Below, piece by piece: positions 57,096 to 64,000 of a DNA stretch of 64,000 bases. Numbering within the stretch: the first letter of the stretch is position 1; each line of letters opens with the position of its first letter. The notes under the pieces were generated by a model. The model had not been told where the DNA came from. It made no database searches and saw only the letters and a program-made list of their open reading frames with translations. Origin of the DNA: Abditibacteriaceae bacterium (lineage in GTDB: Bacteria > Armatimonadota > Abditibacteriia > Abditibacteriales > Abditibacteriaceae); NCBI GenBank assembly GCA_965277285.1, contig OZ255721.1:3136001-3200000 (forward strand), written 5' to 3'. The translations under genes and the position numbers were made by a program.

Positions 57096-58322
57096 ATGAA
57101 CCTAAATATTCCATCTTCTTCAAACTCTTTACTCCCCAGTTTTTTCATCGGCGGTTACGAATGCTCGACGCATCGTTTGCATAATGGCAAGCGATTGGAT
57201 TTAACGGCTTCGACGCAGCACGACCGCTTTGTCGCACAAGATTACGAGCGCTTGAAAAGCGTCGGAATGTTGACGGCGCGCGAAGCGTTCCGCTGGCATT
57301 TAATCGAAAGCGAAGCTGGAAAATATGATTTTTCGAGCGCGCTGCCGATGCTTCGTGCCGCGCGGCAACACGGCATCAAAGTGATCTGGGATTTGTTGCA
57401 TTTCGGCTGGCCGGATCACATTGATATTTTCGCGGCGGATTTTGTCGCGCGTTTCCAAAACTTCACGCGCGCCGTGATTCGAGTACTCGAAGAGGAAGGC
57501 GAAAGCGCGCCTTATATTGCGCCGATCAATGAAATCTCGTTTTTCTCGTGGGCGGCGGGCGGCGCGGGTTTTTTCAATCCGTTTGTGCATGATCGCGGCG
57601 ACGAATTGAAGCGACAACTCGTGTCCGCCGCCATTGGCGCGACGCGGCTTTTGCAGGAAAATTTTGCGGATGCGCGCATTTTTCACATCGATCCGATTAT
57701 CAACATCGCGGCGGATGTGACGCGCCCGCAGGACAGAATTGTGGCTGAAGGTCATCGTCAATCGCAGTTCCAGGTGTGGGACATGATTTGCGGGCGTCGC
57801 GCGCCGGAATTGGGCGGCAAACCGCAATATCTCGATGTGATCGGCGCCAATTATTATTCCAACAATCAATGGATTCATAATGGCTCGACGCTTGGCCCGT
57901 CGAGTCCGTATTATGTGCGCTTGCGTTATATGCTGCGCGAATTGCATTTGCGCTACGGGCGACCCGTTTTCCTTTCGGAAACCGGCATCGAAGATGAAGC
58001 GCGACCTGCGTGGCTGCGCTACATCGGGCAGGAAGCGCGCGCGACGCGGAATCTGGGCGTGCCGCTCGAAGGCGTTTGCCTGTATCCGATTTTGAATCAT
58101 CCCGGCTGGGACAACGACCGCCACTGCTACAATGGCTTGTGGGATTACGCCGACGAAAGTGGTCACCGCGCGATTTATGCGCCTCTGGCCAGAGAACTGG
58201 CGCATCAGCAGGAATTGTGGGCGCAGGACAGCGAAACCGTCGAAGAAGTCGATGTGCATTCGCTGGATGCTGCGGCGACCGCCATTGAAGAAGCCACAGC
58301 ACGAGCGCGCGGCACTTCGTAG
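57096..58322 (+). CDS. GH1-like beta-glucosidase (clan GH-A)
   Basis: GGYECST, WDLLHFGWP, the acid/base INEIS and the nucleophile LSETG. Confidence 0.85.
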   Translation: MNLNIPSSSNSLLPSFFIGGYECSTHRLHNGKRLDLTASTQHDRFVAQDYERLKSVGMLTAREAFRWHLIESEAGKYDFSSALPMLRAARQHGIKVIWDLLHFGWPDHIDIFAADFVARFQNFTRAVIRVLEEEGESAPYIAPINEISFFSWAAGGAGFFNPFVHDRGDELKRQLVSAAIGATRLLQENFADARIFHIDPIINIAADVTRPQDRIVAEGHRQSQFQVWDMICGRRAPELGGKPQYLDVIGANYYSNNQWIHNGSTLGPSSPYYVRLRYMLRELHLRYGRPVFLSETGIEDEARPAWLRYIGQEARATRNLGVPLEGVCLYPILNHPGWDNDRHCYNGLWDYADESGHRAIYAPLARELAHQQELWAQDSETVEEVDVHSLDAAATAIEEATARARGTS

Positions 58323-58430
58323 CCAGCGAATAAATTCGCCGCCATAAAAGGTGTCAACCTGCGTTGACACAACGTCGCTTAGGATGAGTTTGGAAGTACG
58401 TGAGGCGTAAAAAAGACGTGCAGAAGAGGA

Positions 58431-58510
58431 TTTGTCATTCTGAGCGCAGCGAAGAATCTGGCTTAGGATATAGATTCTTTGCTGCGCTCAGAATGACAAA
58501 CTGCGAGTTT
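58431..58510. repeat. Family B hairpin element
   Basis: tttgtcattctgagcgcagcgaagaatct ... agattctttgctgcgctcagaatgacaaa. Confidence 0.85.
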
Positions 58511-58650
58511 GACCTTTTCTTCTACTTTTTCTGCAATCTCAAAATGACAGACCGCGAATTTATTCGCTGGTTATCGAGTACTCGATTTAACGCGCCTGTA
58601 ACCTTTGCGCCTTAAACTGCACTCAAGATCAAAAAAGCGGGAGTTTCACG

Positions 58651-61600
58651 ATGGACTTGAACAAGCAAATCGGTTTGTGCGAAAAAACAACTTCTGACGT
58701 CGATGCCAAAACCATCGAGTATTTGAATTTGAAGTTGGCGTTTTTAGGTTGCCCGATCTTTGGACATGCGGAAAACGACGCCATGATTTCCGCGTTGCTG
58801 CTGCATCAACAGGAAACCAGTCGCCTGCTGGCCGGCTATTTGTGTCCCGCCGACGCGCGCATCCAGGATTTTCTGCAAGCCTATTTATGCGATGCGAACG
58901 TTCCTGTGCCGCGCTTGCCGTCGCGCGCTTTTGTGCTCGATCAATATGGATTATCGCGCGCGCTTTCTCTTGCGCCGGACAAAGACGAATTCTTGTCCGA
59001 CATCGTGAGTTCGTATCGCACCAAGCAGGGCGTTTTGCACAATCCGAAAAGCGACAGGCGCACCACGCAGGGCATTTTTCACATCGTCGAAGGCGGCCTG
59101 CCGATTCCCGACGACAAAATTGGCGTGCCCAAAGCCGTCTTCGCGCGCTTGCTCGAACGCGCTTTGCATCCGCCGGAAGAACTGCTGCGCCTGCCTTTTA
59201 CTTCCAGTCAGAACGAGCAAGCGGCGTGCTGGGTTTCACTGCTTCTCCGACCGTTGGTTTGTCCCGAAGTGCGCGGTTATACACCCGAAAAAAGGATGGA
59301 GATTCGCTTTTTCGCGCCCGGCAATCTGGTCAGCAATCTCGACTTTGTGGAAAGCATTTTCGGCAATGCGGGCGATCCGTTCTTGCCGGAAAACGACGCT
59401 GCGCTCGATGTGGAACATTGGACGGGACATACCGGCTGCGTGATTTTGGCGCCGCACCTTATTACCGAAAATAAGAAGGAATTGGGCTTGCCGCATTGGG
59501 ACGATGCGACCGAATTGCAAAGACGCGATGGAATGTGCTGGCGCGACGAGAACGAACTTTACAACGGCGGTAAGGCGTTCAAGATCGCGTGCCGCGACGA
59601 ACGCGGCGTGATGCTGACGATTATCGCCGATAACTATTACGGTTATTGCAAGAAAGAAGTGAAAACGCAGATCAGCTATTCGGCCAACCTGAGCGGCAAC
59701 TGCGAGGAAGAGCATTCCGGCGGCGCTCTGGTTTATCCGAGCTACGACTTGGGCGAAGAGTTCAACGGCTCGCTGCATGCGCCGCCATTGGGTCACACTT
59801 TCAATCGAGTACTCGAAACCTATGCCGACGCGATGGACGTGCAGCCCGAAGGTTACGCGATAGATAAAAAGTTTCCCGACATCGTTTATGTCGCCGAAGA
59901 TGTGACGTTCGACTTGCATTCGCAAACCGTCAGTTGGCCGTTTGGCGACGGCGAAGAGCGCACGAAAATCAAATTGTTGCCAGGCAAAACTTATGTGCGA
60001 CCTTCGGGTCATCGCATTCACATGGAAAAACCCGCAGGCGGTCGCGCCTGGCGTTTGGTCGGAACACTCGCCGAAGGCACGTTTTGCCACAAGCCGTGCA
60101 CGGTTTCGGGTGGCGGCAAATCGGAGATTTCCAAGCCGATCACCGATGCAATTTTGCAAGGGCCGGTTTTCGTCGCCGATTTTGAAAAGGATTTCGATGT
60201 CGTCGCGGAAATCATCGCGCGCAATTATTCCGACCGCTTCAGCGAACGCTATCGCCAGGAATTCAAAGAGTATTCCGACAGCCGTCCGGTTCTCAGCAGC
60301 GAGCGTTCGCTGGGTTCGGTCATCAAACTTTTGACGCCCGCGACGCGCGACTTCAACGAGGAATACAACGCCTGGCTCGATTCGATTCCGCAATACATCA
60401 AGGAATTGGTGTTTGTGGTCAAGCGTTTTTACAAGCCGGAATGGGGCGCAAATTGGCGCGAACATTTCAGCGTGGACATCATTAATGGCACGCCAGGCAA
60501 CGAACTGAAACTGGACGGCGCCAAATTGGTATCAAACTTCCTGCGCGTCGGCTACGACGAAGACGGCGCGTGGCGCACTTTCGGCTTGCGCAAAGACTTT
60601 CATCCGGCTGTGAAGTGGGCGCTCGAGGATGACATTTCGGCTTCAACCGTGGTGCCAGCCGAGCAATTGAAAGGACTGAATCCCGATTATGCGCAGGCGT
60701 ATGTGAAGTTCGTCGGCAACTGCGAAGGTCGTTTGTTTCAGCGCCCGGACGATGCCATTCATCGCGGCTACGACAAGCAAACCGAACGGGATTTCACGCG
60801 GCACGACAACTTCTTTTCCAACTACGAGCCGCTTCCAGTTGAAGAAGCCAAGATGTTTTTGGAAGATTCGATTGGCTTCGACAAGTGGACGACGCCTTTG
60901 CAAAACCTGGTGCGCGAACTGGCTGAGGATCCACATCCCGACTTTTTCGTGACGCCTGCGCATCCGCGCTTGGTCGATGGCGTACCGACCAAAAACCCGC
61001 GCTATTTGCAAACGCGCCCCGATTTATTGAACCCACGCGACGCGTATCTGGCGGAAATGAGTACTCGAATGTTCCGCCGTATTCCGTTATCTGAACCGGT
61101 GCGGCTTCCTGTCAACGCGGTTTTGCCCGGGCGCCGCAACAATCCGCCAGAGCCTGCCGCGGGCATTCGTTCGCTGGCGGTTTACAACCCGATTCACTAC
61201 ATGGAATTGCCGGAATTGTTCATGGAGTTCATTTGCAGCATGACCGGAAAATCGCCTTCGACGACGGGCGCCGGAAGCGAAGGCGCGCTCACTAAAGGGC
61301 CGTTCAACGCGCTGCATCCGATTCTCGACGTGAACAACGCTTTGCTTTCCTATGTTCTGACGGGCGCCGATGTTTTCATTACCGCAGCGGGTTACGTCGG
61401 GCCAAATTCCCGCGTCGATCACGATGTCAGTCTTTTGGTTCCCGAAGTGTGGTGCCGCATGTCGACAGCCGAACGCGATCCGCGTTTTCTGATTCGCAAC
61501 GGTTATCTGGAAAAATGCGAGGATTTGCAATACGAAGGGCGCACGGTTTACACCTCGCGTCTGGGTTATCGCATCACGCGGCGCTTCGTGAAAACGTATT

Positions 61601-62061
61601 TCGGGCGCGTTTTCAATCACCCGAACGCGGTTTTTACCGACGAAATGCTGCGTCCAGAAAAGCAAAGTCTGGCAATTGCTGTCGATGGCATGGACAACAT
61701 TGTCGAAACGCAACAGCGCGTGGCGCAATTGTATTTCAACGATGGCGGAGTGGAAGCCGCGTGCCCGCCTTTGAAAGCGCTGCTGCACATCATGCGCGAC
61801 AATCATTACGAAGGCAAGGATTTGACGCATTCCGATATTCGCGCGCTGTTCACCTCGCAGAGTTTGTTGCAAAGCGACTGGTACGCCAATCGTCAGGCGA
61901 CGCAACAGGCGAACGAAATCGCTTTGTGGCATCGTCACATCGGCGCATTGGAAAGTTTTCTGGCGAAACCCAACTACGCTGGAGAAGCAGCGCGCTTGGG
62001 CATCGAAGATCGCATGGCGCAAGCCAAACAAACGCTCGCTGGCCTGGAAAAAGGCTCGTAA
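58651..62061 (+). CDS. Pyrophosphate-dependent PEP carboxykinase (PEP carboxytransphosphorylase)
   Basis: 1136 aa with GVLHNPKSDRRTTQG, ADNYYGYCKKE, CHKPCTVSGGGKSEISK, RLFQRPDDAIHRGYD and TGKSPSTTGAGSEGALTKGPFN. Confidence 0.88.
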   Translation: MDLNKQIGLCEKTTSDVDAKTIEYLNLKLAFLGCPIFGHAENDAMISALLLHQQETSRLLAGYLCPADARIQDFLQAYLCDANVPVPRLPSRAFVLDQYGLSRALSLAPDKDEFLSDIVSSYRTKQGVLHNPKSDRRTTQGIFHIVEGGLPIPDDKIGVPKAVFARLLERALHPPEELLRLPFTSSQNEQAACWVSLLLRPLVCPEVRGYTPEKRMEIRFFAPGNLVSNLDFVESIFGNAGDPFLPENDAALDVEHWTGHTGCVILAPHLITENKKELGLPHWDDATELQRRDGMCWRDENELYNGGKAFKIACRDERGVMLTIIADNYYGYCKKEVKTQISYSANLSGNCEEEHSGGALVYPSYDLGEEFNGSLHAPPLGHTFNRVLETYADAMDVQPEGYAIDKKFPDIVYVAEDVTFDLHSQTVSWPFGDGEERTKIKLLPGKTYVRPSGHRIHMEKPAGGRAWRLVGTLAEGTFCHKPCTVSGGGKSEISKPITDAILQGPVFVADFEKDFDVVAEIIARNYSDRFSERYRQEFKEYSDSRPVLSSERSLGSVIKLLTPATRDFNEEYNAWLDSIPQYIKELVFVVKRFYKPEWGANWREHFSVDIINGTPGNELKLDGAKLVSNFLRVGYDEDGAWRTFGLRKDFHPAVKWALEDDISASTVVPAEQLKGLNPDYAQAYVKFVGNCEGRLFQRPDDAIHRGYDKQTERDFTRHDNFFSNYEPLPVEEAKMFLEDSIGFDKWTTPLQNLVRELAEDPHPDFFVTPAHPRLVDGVPTKNPRYLQTRPDLLNPRDAYLAEMSTRMFRRIPLSEPVRLPVNAVLPGRRNNPPEPAAGIRSLAVYNPIHYMELPELFMEFICSMTGKSPSTTGAGSEGALTKGPFNALHPILDVNNALLSYVLTGADVFITAAGYVGPNSRVDHDVSLLVPEVWCRMSTAERDPRFLIRNGYLEKCEDLQYEGRTVYTSRLGYRITRRFVKTYFGRVFNHPNAVFTDEMLRPEKQSLAIAVDGMDNIVETQQRVAQLYFNDGGVEAACPPLKALLHIMRDNHYEGKDLTHSDIRALFTSQSLLQSDWYANRQATQQANEIALWHRHIGALESFLAKPNYAGEAARLGIEDRMAQAKQTLAGLEKGS

Positions 62062-62111
62062 AGCGCCATCGAGTACTCGATATTGAAGGTGTCCCTGAAG
62101 AAGAAGTTCGT

Positions 62112-62150
62112 CTCCCTTCCCCTTGATCATGGGGAAGGGACGGGGATGAG
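62112..62150. repeat. REP-like hairpin (CCCCTTCCC..GGGAAGGG type)
   Basis: ctcccttcccttgatcatggggaagggacggggatgag. Confidence 0.55.
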
Positions 62151-62236
62151 GTTTTTTCCCAAACTCATGCGAAAATTTTCGTGAGCGAAATCTGTTTGTT
62201 ACATTCATCGGTTATTCTTTCATTCTAACGCCCAGA

Positions 62237-62527
62237 ATGACGGAGTTTGCGATGAAAATATCAGTCAGCGAAACCGATTGCCGCGATCCTTATGTGACAG
62301 CGATCAACAATCCAATCAGTGCGGCGCTGCATCGCAAAACCGGGCGTTTGTGGTACGTTTTCGATGGTCATAGCATCGCTTGCACGCGTGAACCTTTGCA
62401 GCAAATCACTTTGCCGCCCAAAGTTTCGCGGTGGTGGCGCGAATTTCAAAACTCCGATTTCCAAAATCCCGACAAACCGGCACCATCGCTGCTCGAGTTC
62501 GAGTTGGAAATCAAATACGAAGCCTGA
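62237..62527 (+). CDS. Hypothetical small protein
   Basis: 96-aa ORF (alternative ATG at 62252 after GGAG) followed by a terminator. Confidence 0.6.
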   Translation: MTEFAMKISVSETDCRDPYVTAINNPISAALHRKTGRLWYVFDGHSIACTREPLQQITLPPKVSRWWREFQNSDFQNPDKPAPSLLEFELEIKYEA

Positions 62528-62544
62528 TTTGTTCAGTTGTTTTC

Positions 62545-62577
62545 AAGCGCGCCAACCTTTTTGGTTGGCGCGCTTTT
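62545..62577 (+). terminator. Intrinsic terminator
   Basis: aagcgcgccaacc-ttttt-ggttggcgcgctttt. Confidence 0.8.
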
Positions 62578-62725
62578 GTCGTTTCCGCTTTTGTCGTTTC
62601 CGCTTTTGTCGTTTCCGCTTTTGTCGTTTCCGCTTTTGTCGTTTCCGCTTTTGTCGTTTCCGCTTTTGTCGTTTCCGCTTTTGTCGTTTCCGCTTTTGTC
62701 GTTTCCGCTTTTGTCGTTTCCGCTT
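62571..62725. repeat. 15-bp perfect tandem repeat x10.3 (CGCTTTTGTCGTTTC)
   Basis: Ten identical units plus 5 nt, with no spacers. Confidence 0.97.
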
Positions 62726-63129
62726 AGCCATTTAACATTCGTCGTCAGGGGAATAAACACGCAATATGCTCTGTATGAGGAATTTCTGACCGCTGCGTCG
62801 CATTCGAGTACTCGATTTGTCTTTGGATTGATGTCTTGAAGCGCAAAATCGGGCACAGGATAGACCAAAATGTTTGAACCGAATTCAAGATGGGTATACT
62901 ATAAGAAAATTGCGCATTCGTATGTGCAAACAGTTTTGTTGAACGAATTGTTTGCAGTTTTGATGCTCACTGAGATTGCGTCAGCTCTTTCACTTTCCGC
63001 TTTGCCAGTGTGAGCGAAAGTGCCCACTGTGCTTTTTGTTTCAATCATTGAAGCAATCAAATATCCTGGTTTCAAGTGCGCTTGCTTTGCGCCAATGGTA
63101 GTAAAAAACATTCTTGGAGAAACATTGCA

Positions 63130-64000
63130 ATGAAGACACAAACGTTCAAAGCCGCTGTCCTGGGGTCGGCTCTGGCGGCGCTGGGTTTGAGTACGGCCAG
63201 TTGTGGAAACGCCGCGTCCTCCTCGGGAGCGGCTTCGACAACTTCTGTGACATCAATACCCGTTTCCGTATCTACAGCCGCATCTGCGTCCGCGCCATCG
63301 GTTGTCAAACTTGTGAAAAAGGGTAACGGATTTCAATTGCTGCGCAATGGTCGTCCTTATATCATCAAGGGCGCTGGCGGCGATGGGTCGAAAACCGCGC
63401 TTTTGGCGACGGGCGCCAATTCGTGGCGCACCTGGGGCGCTGACAACCTCGACGATCAACTAAACCAGGCGCAAAAACTGGGCATGACCGTGACCGTCGG
63501 TATGTGGCTTGGCCACACGGATAACGGTTTCGATTATCACAATGCCCAGCAAGTGGCCGACCAGTTGGCGAACGCCAAAAAAGCCATTGATCGTTATAAA
63601 AACCATCCCGCGCTTTTGATGTGGGGCATCGGCAACGAAATGGAAAGCGGTATTCCCGACAACGATCCCGCTGTCTGGCAGGCGATTGAGGCGATTGCCG
63701 CTTATGCCAAAAAAGTCGATCCCAATCACCCGACGATGACTGTGGTGGCTGAAATCGGCGGCGCGAAAGTGGCGAACATCAACAAGTATTGCCCCGATAT
63801 TGATGTCATCGGCATCAACAGTTATGGTGGTGCGCCATCATTGCCGCAGCGATACATCAAAGCTGGTGGCGTCAAGCCGTATGTGCTAACCGAGTTTGGC
63901 CCTCCAGGAACTTGGGAGCAGGGCAAGAACAGTTGGGGCGTTGTGCCCGAACTGACTTCGACACAAAAAGGACAAATGTACGCCAACGCGTGGAACATCG
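63130..64000 (+). CDS. GH2-type TIM-barrel glycoside hydrolase, probable lipoprotein (runs off the window)
   Basis: Own translation: MKTQTFKAAVLGSALAALGLSTASC..QLLRNGRPYIIKGAGG..GANSWRTWG..YKNHPALLMWGIGNEME..LTEFGP. GGAG RBS. Absent from the ORF track because it has no stop in the window. Confidence 0.85.
   Translation, partial: MKTQTFKAAVLGSALAALGLSTASCGNAASSSGAASTTSVTSIPVSVSTAASASAPSVVKLVKKGNGFQLLRNGRPYIIKGAGGDGSKTALLATGANSWRTWGADNLDDQLNQAQKLGMTVTVGMWLGHTDNGFDYHNAQQVADQLANAKKAIDRYKNHPALLMWGIGNEMESGIPDNDPAVWQAIEAIAAYAKKVDPNHPTMTVVAEIGGAKVANINKYCPDIDVIGINSYGGAPSLPQRYIKAGGVKPYVLTEFGPPGTWEQGKNSWGVVPELTSTQKGQMYANAWNI

Larger units (their letters stand above)
1404..62816. repeat. Dispersed highly iterated palindrome WTCGAGTACTCGAW (about 57 perfect 10-bp cores plus about 19 one-mismatch copies)
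   Basis: Core CGAGTACTCG starts at 1406, 2586, 2954, 4478, 5484, 5855, 7097, 7895, 8461, 9385, 11103, 13433, 14981, 15359, 15967, 17091, 18022, 19428, 19804, 21909, 24448, 25245, 26450, 26827, 27331, 28695, 29856, 31367, 33590, 34636, 35721, 36088, 36412, 37739, 38296, 39683, 40067, 40607, 41698, 43049, 43924, 46532, 47068, 48743, 49397, 50349, 52065, 53219, 54646, 55433, 56425, 57080, 57480, 58575, 59806, 62070 and 62805 (manual scan). Confidence 0.97.

Noticed and set aside
62571..62725. CRISPR array
   Set aside because: The 15-bp units are contiguous with no spacers, and there are no cas genes in the window.
1404..62816. Iterated palindrome as a sequencing, adapter or ligation artefact
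   Set aside because: Copies keep reading frames and fit the conserved protein context (Ppa VRVLG, SiaA RVLERT). Natural one-mismatch variants exist, and copies are integrated into terminator stems.
1404..62816. Palindrome as a transcription-factor operator (LexA-like) or as the HsdS target
   Set aside because: It is far too dense and mostly intragenic or post-stop for an operator. Type I R-M sites are bipartite with a non-specific spacer and would not be enriched.
62319..62868. ORFs through the VNTR (FCRFR, SAFVV, GNDKS, KRKRQ repeats)
   Set aside because: They are open only because the unit is stop-free in all frames. There is no RBS or domain support.

Overview
A moderately GC-rich bacterial chromosomal segment. 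The DUF6785 protein, many secreted glycoside hydrolase and TPR proteins and a large-type SRP RNA suggest an Armatimonadota/Abditibacteriota-like organism; this is inference only. Housekeeping content: ppa, gltB, argJ, fabI, pdxT, pdxS, glyA, queA, two tRNA-Ser genes, ffs-dnaX-ybaB-recR and a PPi-dependent PEPCK. Accessory content: the end of a type I R-M hsdS followed by a putative HEPN protein, a complete siaABCD c-di-GMP operon, a tadA(cpaF)-tadB-tadC trio, a REP-associated tyrosine transposase, several glycoside hydrolases and isolated small hypothetical genes. The most striking signal is not a gene but a highly iterated palindrome, consensus WTCGAGTACTCGAW. By manual reading the 10-bp core CGAGTACTCG occurs about 57 times, about 50 of them as the full 12-mer TCGAGTACTCGA, with about 19 further single-mismatch copies. 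That is roughly one site per 0.85 kb and the spacing looks unusually even. Copies lie in genes (read as xEYSx, SSTR or RVL[DE]), just beyond stop codons and at the centre of terminator hairpins. It resembles cyanobacterial HIP1 or DNA-uptake sequences in behaviour, but I do not recognise the sequence. Several REP/REPIN-like hairpin families and heptamer-repeat elements also occur, two of them in-frame inside argJ and gltB. All counts are by eye and need computational confirmation.
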